Shown: positions 37,542-48,300 of the stretch, in pieces | Layout: every line of letters begins with the position of its first letter | Numbering within the stretch: the first letter of the stretch is position 1 | Origin: Myxococcota bacterium | GTDB taxonomy: Bacteria; Myxococcota_A; UBA796; SXON01 | Direction of reading: 5' to 3' | NCBI GenBank assembly: GCA_040386535.1 | Contig: JAZKFH010000003.1 | Coordinates: 64,001 to 128,000 of the forward strand | DNA length: 64,000 nucleotides | Position numbers and translations under genes: made by a program | The notes under the pieces: model-generated | Seen by the model: the letters and a program-made list of their open reading frames with translations, nothing else | What the model was told of the DNA's origin: nothing | Databases searched by the model: none

Positions 37542-40500
37542 ATGAAACACGCACGCCTCCTGCCGCTTGCAATCGGCCTGTTTGTCCCATTCCACGCTCT
37601 CGCGGCCTGGCCCACGGACGATGCCTGGCTCCCCTTCCAGAAGGGCGGGGTCGACCTGTACGACGTGCCGCTGGACCACGTGCACCTCGACGGTGCCGAT
37701 GGAAGTGTCGACCTCGTGGGAGACGCCACGCTGCTCGCCCCGGTGGCGTACTGGTATGCCGACGATCTGGCCCTCTACCTCCGGATGCGGGTCAACGAAG
37801 ATCCTCGCCTCACGCCGGCTTCGAGCACCCTGCGGTCCAGCGGCTGGGCGTTCCTCCTGGACACCGACACCGAGCCGACCACCTTCGAGTACATGCTCGG
37901 GCTGACCGGTCCCGGCACGCTCTGGCTCGGGGAGAACAACCCCTATGAGGGGGATGGCCCCTACGACACCGTGGAGACCTTCCCGGAGACCTGGCTCGAC
38001 CCGGTCGGTGACGACCTCGTGCGGGTGCTGGACGCCGGTACGACCATCTCGAGCGCCGCCGACTTCTTCATCGACATGCAGTTCGACCGGGCCACGCTGG
38101 ATCTGGTGACCGGCAACGCGCTCGACGGCACCTTCGGCGTCGTGATCATCACCGAGCACCTGCCGCTCGTGGTGTCGCTCGACAACGACATCGCCGGAAA
38201 CGACGACAGCGCGGGCCCCGGCTCCATGCCCGACCATACGACCGACGCCATCGGCATCGACCAGGACGGCGACGGCCTGACCGACCCCGAAGAGGCCGCC
38301 CACGGCACGGACCCGACCGACGGCGACTCGGACGACGATGGCCTGGGAGACGGCACCGAGGTCGATCTCACCACCGATCCCCTCGCCTGCGACTCCGATG
38401 GCGACGGCCTCTCCGACGGGCTCGAGAGCGGCGTCACCGAGGAGGATCTGCTGGACTCCCCGGACACCGACACCACGGCCGGCTGCTTCACGCCCGACTC
38501 GGACCCGACCACCACGACCAACCCCAACTCCGGGGACACGGACGGCGGCACGTTGTGGGACGGGCTCGAGGATGTCGACGGCGACGGGTTCATCGATCCC
38601 TGGGAGACCGATCCCAACGATCCGTCGGACGACGTGGACCTCGACGGCGACAGCATCCCCGACGGCACCGAGCTCGAGTGCCCGCTCGACGGCACGGCCG
38701 ACGATCAGGACGGCGACGGCATCCCCGACGTGGTCGAGGGCCTCGGCGACACCGACGGCGACGGCTTCCCGGACTTCTGCGACGTGGACGATGACGACGA
38801 CGGCATCCCCACCGACGTCGAGGGCGGCGACGACACCGACGGAGACGGCGTGCCCGACAACGAGGACCCCGACGCCGACGGCGACGGGATCCCCGACATC
38901 GACGAGGGCACCGCGGACGACGACTGTGACGGCATCCCGAACTACCAGGACGCGGATCCCACGGACGGCCCGTGCGCGGACACCGACGGCGACGGCCTGG
39001 ACAACCAGGCCGAGGACGAGTGCGCGTCGGACTCGAACAACCAGGACACCGACGGGGACGGGATCCCCGACGGCGAGGAGTCTTGCGACGAAGACGCCGA
39101 CTGCGACGATCTTCCGGACATCCTCGACGGCGACCACGATCCCGACGGCTGCGACAGCGCCGCCGGCGACGACACCGGCGGCCCGGCCTGCAACTCCAAG
39201 GATCCGTTCCTCGACTGCGGCCACTACACCGGCGGCGCCTGCTCCGTGGTCGATCCGCGCACCGCGCTCCTCCCCGCCCTCCTGGCCCTCGCCGGCGTGA
39301 TGCGTCGCCGCCGTCGCACGGCCGTCGCCGCCGTCGCCATCGGCGGGACCGCCCTCGGAGGCGTCGGCACCGCGTTCGCGCAGGACGAGTTCAACGCCCA
39401 ACGTTTCCGCCCCGTGCCGGACGGGCGCTCGCTCCTGACGGTCGAGGACGCCTCGGTCCCCGGCCCCGGCCTCGGCGGCGGGTTCTGGTTCAACTACGCG
39501 GCCGACCCGCTCGTGTACCGCTACGACGACGACCAGGACGACACCCGCCTCACCGGCGACGTCGCGACCGCCAACCTCGCCGCCTTCTTCACCCTCTCCC
39601 GGTTCCGCCTCGCGGTCGACATGCCGTTGCACCTCGCGGCGGGGAGCGACGTCGGCGCGGGCGGCTTCAGCCCGGGTGACCTCCGCTTCGACCTGAAGGC
39701 GACCCTGGTCGACCGCGCCAAGACCGGCTTCGGCATCGGCGCGGCCATCGATCTCGGCCTTCCCACCGGCGACGAGGCCGCGTGGCTCGGCGATCCCGGC
39801 GTGACCTTCGGCGGCCGCATCATCGCGACCGCGGGGCGCAAGCGCGGCATCCTGTCGGCGAACCTCGGCGTGCGCGGCGGCCCCCCGGCGGACCTGCTCC
39901 CCGACCTGACGTGGGGCACCCGCCTGTTCTGGGGCGTGGGCGGCGGCGTGCCGGTGGTCGAGGAGCTCGACGCCTTCGCCGAGATCGACGGCGAGGTCTC
40001 GTTCACCGACCTCGACGCGCTCGGCGCGGCGCCGATGGAGTGGCGGGCCGGCGTGAAGTATTACCCGCGCCCCGAGATCGTCGTGACCGGCGCCTTCGGC
40101 ACCGGCATCACCACGGGCGTCGGCGCCCCGGACTTCCGCGTGGTGGCGGGCCTCTCGTGGGTCCCCGTGATCAAGCGCGAGGCGGACGTGGTCACGACGG
40201 CGAAGGGCCCCGATCGCGACGGCGACGGCATCGAGGACACCAAGGACCTCTGCCCCGGCCAGCCCGAGGACCGCAACGGCCGCAACGACGACGACGGCTG
40301 CCCCGACGCCGGCCTGACCCCCACCCGCATCCAGGTCATCGACCCGCGCGGCCAGCGCGTCGCCAACGCCTCCGTCGAGCTCGTGTCCGGCCCCGAGTCC
40401 GGCCGCTACGTGCTCGGCAGCGGCGAGATGACGCGCTCCTTGCCCCCGGGCAAGTACAAGGTGCTCGCCCTCGCGGACAACTTCGAGGACGAAGCCGCGG

Positions 40501-41273
40501 TGATGGAGGTGCCCGACAACGACCGCTTCGAGTACACGTTCACGCTCGAGCCGGTCATCGCCGGCGGGCGGCTCATCGTGATCGCGGAGAACGAGCAGGG
40601 CATGCCCGTGTCCGCGCTCGTGACCGTGCTCGGCGGCGGCAAGAAGTTCACCACCGGCCCCGACGGAGTCGGCGAGGAGCGCCTCCCGCCCGGCGCGGTC
40701 GAGGTGTCCGTGTGGGCCGAGGGCTACCAGGCCGAACGTGTGAAGGCGAACATCCTCAAGGAGGAGCCCGCCAAGGTGACGGTCGTGCTCAAGAAGGCGC
40801 GCGCCATCGTGAAGGACGACCGCGTCGAGATCCTCGACAAGGTGTTCTTCGAGTTCGACAGCGCCACCATCAAGGCCGAGAGCTTCCGCATCCTGGACGA
40901 GGTGACGGCGATCCTGATGAACCACCCGGAGATCACGCTCGTCGAGGTGCAGGGCCACACCGACGACCAGGGCACGGACACCTACAACCTCGGCCTCTCC
41001 GATCGCCGCGCCGCCGCCGTTCGCGACTACCTGGTCACCGCCGGGGTCGAGGCCGCGCGCCTCCAGGCCAAGGGGTACGGCGAGTCCGACCCGCTCCAGC
41101 CCGGCGTGAGCGAGGAGGCCCGCGAGGCCAACCGGCGCGTCGTGTTCCAGATCCGCAAGGGCGGCAGCGGTGCCGCGGTGCGCCCCTCGGACACCACGGG
41201 CCCCTCGGACCGCCCCCGCGGCCAGGGCGCCGGCAAGCCCCCCCGCCCCGAGGACCGCCCGAAGCCGCGTTGA
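37542..41273 (+). CDS. Large OmpA-family protein: N-terminal domain, Asp-rich repeats, internal MYXO-CTERM-like segment, beta-barrel, TSP3, carboxypeptidase-regulatory-like domains, OmpA C-domain
   Basis: GGAG RBS, signal MKHARLL..ALA-AW; DxDGDG repeats; GGACSV..LLALAGVMRRRRR; FNAQRFRP barrel start; VFFEFDSA..VQGHTD..YNLGLSDRRA..NRRV. Confidence 0.88.
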   Translation: MKHARLLPLAIGLFVPFHALAAWPTDDAWLPFQKGGVDLYDVPLDHVHLDGADGSVDLVGDATLLAPVAYWYADDLALYLRMRVNEDPRLTPASSTLRSSGWAFLLDTDTEPTTFEYMLGLTGPGTLWLGENNPYEGDGPYDTVETFPETWLDPVGDDLVRVLDAGTTISSAADFFIDMQFDRATLDLVTGNALDGTFGVVIITEHLPLVVSLDNDIAGNDDSAGPGSMPDHTTDAIGIDQDGDGLTDPEEAAHGTDPTDGDSDDDGLGDGTEVDLTTDPLACDSDGDGLSDGLESGVTEEDLLDSPDTDTTAGCFTPDSDPTTTTNPNSGDTDGGTLWDGLEDVDGDGFIDPWETDPNDPSDDVDLDGDSIPDGTELECPLDGTADDQDGDGIPDVVEGLGDTDGDGFPDFCDVDDDDDGIPTDVEGGDDTDGDGVPDNEDPDADGDGIPDIDEGTADDDCDGIPNYQDADPTDGPCADTDGDGLDNQAEDECASDSNNQDTDGDGIPDGEESCDEDADCDDLPDILDGDHDPDGCDSAAGDDTGGPACNSKDPFLDCGHYTGGACSVVDPRTALLPALLALAGVMRRRRRTAVAAVAIGGTALGGVGTAFAQDEFNAQRFRPVPDGRSLLTVEDASVPGPGLGGGFWFNYAADPLVYRYDDDQDDTRLTGDVATANLAAFFTLSRFRLAVDMPLHLAAGSDVGAGGFSPGDLRFDLKATLVDRAKTGFGIGAAIDLGLPTGDEAAWLGDPGVTFGGRIIATAGRKRGILSANLGVRGGPPADLLPDLTWGTRLFWGVGGGVPVVEELDAFAEIDGEVSFTDLDALGAAPMEWRAGVKYYPRPEIVVTGAFGTGITTGVGAPDFRVVAGLSWVPVIKREADVVTTAKGPDRDGDGIEDTKDLCPGQPEDRNGRNDDDGCPDAGLTPTRIQVIDPRGQRVANASVELVSGPESGRYVLGSGEMTRSLPPGKYKVLALADNFEDEAAVMEVPDNDRFEYTFTLEPVIAGGRLIVIAENEQGMPVSALVTVLGGGKKFTTGPDGVGEERLPPGAVEVSVWAEGYQAERVKANILKEEPAKVTVVLKKARAIVKDDRVEILDKVFFEFDSATIKAESFRILDEVTAILMNHPEITLVEVQGHTDDQGTDTYNLGLSDRRAAAVRDYLVTAGVEAARLQAKGYGESDPLQPGVSEEAREANRRVVFQIRKGGSGAAVRPSDTTGPSDRPRGQGAGKPPRPEDRPKPR

Positions 41274-41404
41274 AGGCGGACGACGAGCGGGCGGAGGAGA
41301 CGTCGGCGCGCGCGAGTGCATACGCGCGGACGCTCCTTGCAACGCCGCTTGAAAAGCATGACGCGAGGCGCTAACGATCTCCCCCACTGCCCCGGCAAAC
41401 ACGG

Positions 41405-42391
41405 ATGGGCTCGAAGCGCGACGACGCCGGAAACCTGCTGGGCACCCAGGCGGGCCCCCAGATGGGCGCCCAGAAGCTCGCGGCGCTTCCGGACGACGAG
41501 AGCACGCGCAAGGTGGTGGTCCGCCGGCAGGGGCCCGACCGCAAGATCGTGGTGCTCACGCTCCGCGTCGTGGCCGGGCGCGACATGCTCCGCTTCGTCA
41601 CCCTCCAGAACGTGGACGAGGTGACGATCGGCCGCGACGAGGGCGGCGCGCTCGTGCTCACGGACGCGTCCGTGTCCCGCCGCCACGCGCGCATCACCTG
41701 CTCGGAGGACGGTCGTGTGTTCGTGGAGGACCTCGGCTCGACCAACGGCACCGCCGTGAACGGTCAGCCCGTCGAGAGCGCCGAGCTGCGCCCGGGCGAC
41801 CACCTCGAGATCGGCGCGGTGGCGCTGCGGCTCGACCTGTTGAGCCTCGTCGAGGTGGAACACCTCCAGGGCGTGCTCGAGCGGCTCGAGGCCAACAACC
41901 GTGACCCGCTGACCGGCCTGTTGAACCGCGGCTGGCTCGACGAGGAGCTGCCGAGCCAGCTCGACCAGGCCACGCGGGTCGGCGTCGACTACGCGTGCCT
42001 GTTCGTCGACATCGACAACTTCAAGTCCGTCAACGATCGCTTCGGCCACCAGGTCGGGGACGACGTGCTCGTGGGCGTCGCCCGCCTGCTGATGGTCGGG
42101 GTCCGCGAGACCGACGCGTGTGTCCGCTACGGCGGCGAGGAGCTCCTGATGCTCCTGCACGGCACGGACGAGGACACCGCGCTCGACGTGGCGGAGCGCG
42201 TGCGGCGCTCGATCGAGGCCCATGACTGGGCACGCACCAACCCGGGCCTCGAGGTGACCGCCTCGATCGGCGTCGCGGTCGTGCGGCGCCGCGAGGGGGT
42301 CAAGGAGCTGATCAACCGCGCAGACCGGGCGTTGTACGCGGCCAAAGCCGCGGGAAGAAACCGCGTCGTACGGGCATCGTCGCTGTCGTAG
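41405..42391 (+). CDS. FHA-domain diguanylate cyclase (FHA-GGDEF)
   Basis: FHA: IGR..VSRRHA..DLGSTNGT. GGDEF: DPLTGLLNR, DIDNFKSVND..GH..GD, I-site RETD, RYGGEEL. Confidence 0.93.
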   Translation: MGSKRDDAGNLLGTQAGPQMGAQKLAALPDDESTRKVVVRRQGPDRKIVVLTLRVVAGRDMLRFVTLQNVDEVTIGRDEGGALVLTDASVSRRHARITCSEDGRVFVEDLGSTNGTAVNGQPVESAELRPGDHLEIGAVALRLDLLSLVEVEHLQGVLERLEANNRDPLTGLLNRGWLDEELPSQLDQATRVGVDYACLFVDIDNFKSVNDRFGHQVGDDVLVGVARLLMVGVRETDACVRYGGEELLMLLHGTDEDTALDVAERVRRSIEAHDWARTNPGLEVTASIGVAVVRRREGVKELINRADRALYAAKAAGRNRVVRASSLS

Positions 42392-42462
42392 CGCACCGGG
42401 TGCCGCTCCGGTGGGGCCACGCGGCCCCGTTCGCGGATACGTTCGGCGTCCGAGGCGCTCCC

Positions 42463-43203
42463 ATGAGCTTGTTCAAGACGGGCTTGTTCGACACGATCCG
42501 ACGCTCGCTCGCGGGCGGCGACGACGAGCTCGGGCGGGAGGACCTCTTGCGCCAGGTCGAGGAGGGCATCCTCGCGCTCAAGCGCCACGCCGCGCGCGGC
42601 CGCGAGGTGTTCCCGGCCGGCGTCCGCGTCGACATCCGCGCCGCCGAGGGCAGCATCGTCACGCTCCGCGCGTTCGTCACCGACCCCTCCTTCGAGCGGG
42701 ATCTCGAGGCCCGCCTCCAGAACCGCCTCGTCGCGAGCGAAACCCTGCCCGCGCGCCGCTACAAGGTCGAGCGCGGCGAGCCCGCCGGGGTCACCATCCA
42801 GGAGGACGAGCAGGCCCTGGCCGGCATCCTCGTGGTCGAGGGCGGCGACAACGACGGCCATCGGTTCCCGGTCGACCTCGCGCGCAAGGAGTGGCGCATC
42901 GGCCGCGGCCGATGGCACCAGGAGCGCCCGGACGACCAGCGGCTCCCCAACGACATCGTATTGACCGAGTCGCTCGCCTGGGTCAGCCGCGCGGCGGCCA
43001 TCCTGCGGCGCACGGGCGCCTTGCTCGAGGTCGAGGCCCGCCAGCAGGGCGAGTTCCTCCTCGTCGTCCGGCGGGACGGCACCCAGCTCCGCCCCGCGAT
43101 GACGGCGTCCGGGCGCCTGCCCCTGCGCGTGGGCGATCGCATCGAGCTTCACGACGGTAACGACGGGCGCGTCGCCCTGCGCCTCGACGCGGCGGAGACC
43201 TAG
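42463..43203 (+). CDS. FhaA-like protein (DUF3662-like N-domain + FHA-like domain)
   Basis: N-terminal EDLLRQVEEGI..GREVFP..V.V.I segment; C-terminal WRIGRG..NDIVL..VSR. ATG 42463 after GAGG. Confidence 0.7.
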   Translation: MSLFKTGLFDTIRRSLAGGDDELGREDLLRQVEEGILALKRHAARGREVFPAGVRVDIRAAEGSIVTLRAFVTDPSFERDLEARLQNRLVASETLPARRYKVERGEPAGVTIQEDEQALAGILVVEGGDNDGHRFPVDLARKEWRIGRGRWHQERPDDQRLPNDIVLTESLAWVSRAAAILRRTGALLEVEARQQGEFLLVVRRDGTQLRPAMTASGRLPLRVGDRIELHDGNDGRVALRLDAAET

Positions 43204-44037
43204 ATGCTCAAGGCCGAGACCCCCGATCGTTTCCGGGCCGACTTCTCGAAGGTCAAGCGGAAGGGGGATTGGAGAAAGGTGTTCGAACCGAAGTCCGTGG
43301 TCGTGGTGGACGCCTGGGCGATCGGCCGGGCGGTCAGCGCCGCCATGGTCACCTGCCCCTTCAAGAGCGCCACCGGCCAGCCCCAGGTCTGGAACGAGTA
43401 CCGCGTGTTCCTCTCCCGCGCCGACCACGACCGGCTCCGCCCGATCGAGCAGAGCCTGCAGAAGGACCTCGGGCCGATCCTGTACGAGGAGCTCGTCCGC
43501 ATCGACGCCGTCACGGTCGGCGCGCTCACCGTACGCCTGCTGGTAGACGACGCGGACGAGGTCGAGCCCGGCAACGGCGTGCTCCACGCCCGCCACGTCC
43601 CCGATGCCCAGGCCGCCGTGCCGGGCGCCGGCGAGATCACCGTGCGGCTCGACAAGCAGAAGCCGATGGGCCCTTCCCTCTCCGCCGGAGGCCCGGGCAC
43701 GGTGCCCGTAGGCGCCGCCGTCCTGCGCGCCCCCACCGGGGATGTCGTGCTCCGCAGCGGCGTCCGCCACGTGCTCGGACGCGCGCACCCCGACGCCGGC
43801 GGCGACCACGTCGCGATCCCCGGGGCCGGCCCGCGCATCAACCGCCGCCAGGCAGCGGTCCGCGTCGACAATGACCACGTCGAGGTGACCCGCGAGCCGG
43901 CCGACAGCAACCCCGTGGCGGTGGGCGGGGCCGCCCTCGCGCCCGGCCAGACCGTCCGCGAGAAGCTGCCGGTCGAGATCGTGCTCTCCGGCGAGATGAA
44001 GCTCGTGGTCCAGCGCGTCGGTGGGGGCGCGTCATGA
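43204..44037 (+). CDS. Second FhaA-like protein (DUF3662-like + FHA-like)
   Basis: VWNEYRVFLSRADHDRL resembles the FhaA N-terminal PN.Y.V.LS..D motif; C-terminal VLGR..INRRQA..SNPV.V.G..L.PG. TAG-ATG coupling. Confidence 0.7.
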   Translation: MLKAETPDRFRADFSKVKRKGDWRKVFEPKSVVVVDAWAIGRAVSAAMVTCPFKSATGQPQVWNEYRVFLSRADHDRLRPIEQSLQKDLGPILYEELVRIDAVTVGALTVRLLVDDADEVEPGNGVLHARHVPDAQAAVPGAGEITVRLDKQKPMGPSLSAGGPGTVPVGAAVLRAPTGDVVLRSGVRHVLGRAHPDAGGDHVAIPGAGPRINRRQAAVRVDNDHVEVTREPADSNPVAVGGAALAPGQTVREKLPVEIVLSGEMKLVVQRVGGGAS

Positions 44038-45350
44038 TGAGCGCCTCCGCCCGCACGCACGCCGGCCGCGTACGCCCCCACAACGAGGACGCCGCGGTGT
44101 GCCGCCCCGAGCAGGGCCTGTTCGCCGTGATCGACGGCATGGGCGGCCAGGAGGCCGGCGAGGTCGCCGCCGCCATCGCCGCCGCCGCCCTCGCGGAGGT
44201 GCCGAACCTCCCGCGCCTCACCAGCGAGACCGTCCTGACCGCCGCGATGAAGGAGGCCCGCGCGCGCATCCTGCGGCAGGCCGAGCTGGACCCCACCCAG
44301 AAGGACATGGGCGCCGTCGCCACCGCCGTGCGCATCGAGGACAACGGGCGCAGCGTCGGCGTCGCGCACGTGGGCGACACGCGCGCGTGGCTCGTGAACG
44401 GCAAGGGTGTGCGCCAGCTCACCCACGACCACGTCGCGGCCGACAACGGCGGCCCAAACAAACGCCCGGTGGCACGCGACCTCGGCCGCAAGACGATGGA
44501 GGGAGACTGGGTCGAGACCGGCCGCTTCCCCATCGCCCGGGGTGACCTGCTGGTGCTCGCGAGCGACGGCCTGCACGACGCGGTGCCGGCGGAGGAGCTC
44601 GCCGCGGAGCTCGCCCGGCTGTGGCGGGAGGGCGGAGACGCCGACGCGGTGAGCGCGCGCCTGATCGCGCTCGCCCTCGCGCGCGGCGGGCCCGACAACG
44701 TCACGGTCGTGGCGGTGCGGATCGGGCGCTTCCGGCGCGGCCGCAGCCCGCGGCGCCTCGGGTTCGCGGTGACCGTGGTTCTCTTCCTCGCGATGGCCAC
44801 CCTCGCGGGCGTCACGCTGTTCGGGCGCCGGATCCCGCCCGTGGTGCAGCTCCCGGATCAAGTGGCCGTCGCGACGCACTACGGCACGACGACGCAGGTG
44901 CGGGTGGAGGCCGGCAAGGTCACCCAGGTCACGAGCGGCACGGTGTTCGAGGTGCGCGGCACCCAGGTGCGCGGCATCGACTGGCGGGTCGAGGTGGCGA
45001 AGGGCGCCACGCTCAGCCTGCAGCTCACGACGGTCGAGCTCGAGGGCGCCTTCATCGTGGAGCTGGCTGAGGGGGCGAAGCTCCTGATGGGGGACAGCCG
45101 CGTGAGCGCCAACTCGGTGCGGATCGTGAGCCAGGTCGGCGACGAGATCGTGCTCGAGGACGTCATCTTCGAGACCACGGGCACGCCCGGCCCCGTCTAC
45201 GAGGGCCCCGTGACGCCGACCCAGACGCGCGTGTTCGTCGTCGGCAGCGCGCCGGAGGCGCCTCCTGAAGAGGCCCCGCCAGAAGGCGCCCCCGAGGGCG
45301 AGGTGCCCGCCACGCCGGCCCCGGTGCCGGCCACGCCGGTCAAGCCGTGA
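44034..45350 (+). CDS. Membrane-anchored PP2C/PPM Ser/Thr phosphatase (PstP-like)
   Basis: GRVRPHNEDA, VIDGMGG, AHVGDTRA, LASDGL, GGPDNVT, then RR + TM helix, an extracytoplasmic beta-rich domain and a Pro-rich tail. Confidence 0.92.
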   Translation: MMSASARTHAGRVRPHNEDAAVCRPEQGLFAVIDGMGGQEAGEVAAAIAAAALAEVPNLPRLTSETVLTAAMKEARARILRQAELDPTQKDMGAVATAVRIEDNGRSVGVAHVGDTRAWLVNGKGVRQLTHDHVAADNGGPNKRPVARDLGRKTMEGDWVETGRFPIARGDLLVLASDGLHDAVPAEELAAELARLWREGGDADAVSARLIALALARGGPDNVTVVAVRIGRFRRGRSPRRLGFAVTVVLFLAMATLAGVTLFGRRIPPVVQLPDQVAVATHYGTTTQVRVEAGKVTQVTSGTVFEVRGTQVRGIDWRVEVAKGATLSLQLTTVELEGAFIVELAEGAKLLMGDSRVSANSVRIVSQVGDEIVLEDVIFETTGTPGPVYEGPVTPTQTRVFVVGSAPEAPPEEAPPEGAPEGEVPATPAPVPATPVKP

Positions 45351-48300
45351 TCCTGCTGATCGTCGAGCTGGCGCTGCTGCTCCTCGTCGCCCTCGCCGGT
45401 TGGTTCGGCGCGGGCTTCGCCATCGAGGGCACCCTCGCCACCGCCGCCGCGCGCGCTCAGACCGGCGACGCCGTGCTCGTCCGCGCCGCCGGCGACCAGG
45501 CCGCCCTGTGGTTCGCGGGGGGCCTCGTGCTGCTCGCGGTGGCCCGCGGCGCGACCGGCCTCCGGCGCGGCCAGCACATCCGGACGCCGCTGCTCCTCCC
45601 CGCCGTGGGCGCCGCGGCCGCGCTCGGGCTCGTGGTGCAGCTCGGCTACGGCAACCCCTTCCGCGCCGACTGGCCGGGCCCCGGGTTCGCGCAGGGCGTG
45701 TTCTACGGGTGCCTCGCGGCGGCGGCGATCCTGGCCGTGCCCGGCGACATCGGGGCGTGGATCTCGCGCGGGCGCTGGGTCATCGGTGGTGGCGCCGTGG
45801 CGCTGCTCATCGCGCTCGCGATCTTCGGCGAGGCGCCCGGCCGCTCCGGCCAGCGCATCAACCTCTTCGGCACCCAGCCCATCGAGCTCGTGAAGGTGGG
45901 GGCGGTGTTGTTCGCCGCCGACGCGCTCGGCCGGCGCGCGGGCAAGATCCGCTTCCAGCGCGTGCGGGCGGGCTTCCTGCGCCTGCCGCGCGCCACGTTG
46001 CTGGTCCCGGCGCTCGTCGCGTTGCTGGCGACCTGGGCGGGCCTGTTCCTCGTCAAGGATCTCGGCCCCACGCTGATCCTCGGGGCGGTGTTCCTGGGCT
46101 TGTTCTACCTCGCCACGCGCAGCCCCGGCTGGGTGATGCTCGCGGTGGGCACGTTCGCGGCGACGCTCGCCCTGCTCGCCGTCGCGCCCGAGCTCGCCCC
46201 CGCCGGCACCGTGCAGACCCGCCTCCGGATGTGGTCCGATCCGTGGCTCAACGGCCTGCCCAACGGCGACCAGCTCGCGCTCGGCTTCTGGGCCATGGCG
46301 GCGGGCGGCTGGGAGGGCAGCGGCCTCGGCACCGCGTTCCCGGGCGGAATCCCGGCGGGCCACACCGATCTCGTCTACGCCCACCTCGTCGAGGAGCTCG
46401 GCGTGCGGGGCGCGCTCCTGTGGCTCCTCCTCCTCGGAGTGGCGGTCACGGACGGGCTGCGCGTCGCGGCGCGCAACCGCACGCCGGAGCGCGCGCTGAT
46501 GGCGGCGGGCCTCGGGATGCTCGTCGTGGCGCAGGCCGCGACGATCCTCGGCGGCACGTTCGGCATCATCCCCCTGACGGGCGTCGTCGTCCCGTTCCTC
46601 TCCTTCGGCAAGACCAGCATGGTGGCCTTCTGGGCCATCGCGGCCCTGCTCGCGCGGCTCGGGGACGACGGCGAGGCGCGCGTCGCGACCGACGAGCTGC
46701 GCGAGATCGCCGGCGGCGTGCGACACGTGCAGGTCGCGGTCGGTACGCTCACGGTGCTCGGCGTCGCAGTGACGCTCCTCGCCGCCGTGGTCGGGCGCGA
46801 CGAGACCAGCCTCCGCGGCGTGGTGACCACCCTGAAGGACGGCACGCCGGTGCTCCTCCAGGACCGCCGTCTCTCGTCCATCGCGGCCGCGATCCGCCGC
46901 GGGGACATCCTCGATCGCAACGACCAGCCGCTCGCGACGTCGCCGGTCGCCGGCACGCGCGAGAACCCGCTGGGAGACGCCTTCGGCACCGTGCTCGGCC
47001 CCGCGGGCGGCGGCGTGCTCCGGGCGAAGTGGAGCATCGAGCGGCAGCAGGAGGCCGCGCTCCGTGGCTACCCCGACAAGGCCGACGGTCCCGCCATCTG
47101 GCTCGGCGCGGTGAACGGTGTCGATCGGCTCCTCCTGGCCGTCCCCTCCGCGGCAAACGAGGAGGCTTCCGAACGCGGTCGCGCGCAGGCCGCCTTCACG
47201 CGCCTGGGCGGCGTCCCCTCCCCCGACGGGAGCTTCGACCGCATCCGCCGCGTCGCGCTCTCCACGCCCGATCTCACCTCGCTCCTCCCGCTCGCGCGCC
47301 TCCCGCTCGTCGATCGGGAGGCCGCGATCCAGGTCCTCTCCGCCAACGTCATCAGCCGCTCGGTCAAGCTCACGATCGACGCGCGCCTGCAGGCCGCGCT
47401 CGCGCCGCTGGTCAAGGCCGCCGCCGCCAAGAGCAGCGTGGGCGCCGCCGCCCTGGTGGTGCTCGATCCCGCCACCGGAGAGGTGCTCGCGCGCGTCCAG
47501 TGGCCCGACTACGACCCGAGCGGCACGACGTGGCGCAAGCAGCGCATCGCCGCGGAAGCGAAGTTCATGGGCATCTACGGCGCGTGGTCCGACAAGACCG
47601 GCGCGCACGGCGTGTGGCAGGCCGGCTCGGTGTTCAAGGTCCTCTCGGCGGTCGCGGCGGTCAAAGCGGGGAAGGTCGAGCCCTCCGGCCCCCCGTCCGC
47701 GCAGACCGGCTCCGTCTGCCCCACGGCCGCCTCGCCCCGGTATCCCTGCAACACGATGCACGACGGCCGCCCATCGTTCACCCTCCCGGCCTGGAGCCGC
47801 CCCATCCACGACCACGGCGACGGCGGCGCGCGCGGCGACCTCGACCTGGTCGCCGCCATCACGAAGAGCTCGAACGTGTGGTTCGGGCAGCTCGCGCTCG
47901 ATCTCGGCCCCGACGCCTACCGCGCCCTGCGCTCCGCCGGCGTCGAGTTCGGCAACCCCGGCCTCGATGAGGAGCGCGACGCCGACTACACCGGCCTCGG
48001 CGCGCGCGGCAGCCGGCGCCTCGCCCAGACCGGCTTCGGCCAGGGCGCGGGCTCGTGGAACGTGACCCAGGCCGCGCGACTCGTGGGCGCGGTGGCGGCG
48101 GGCGGCACCTATCGGCGCTGCCCGTCGGACATGCGCTTCGGCGCGGAGTGTGTCGCCGCCCCGCTCGTGGACGCGCCGGACGCGCTCGCGCCGGTGCTCG
48201 CCGGCATGGAGGGCGTGATGAAGTCCGGTACGGGCGCGCGCCTCGCGAAGGTGCCGGGCGTGCGGATCTACGGCAAGACCGGCACCGCCGACGCGCCGGG

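Noticed and set aside
37518..41402. 1294-aa minus-strand ORF
   Set aside because: Antisense shadow of the OmpA-family gene.
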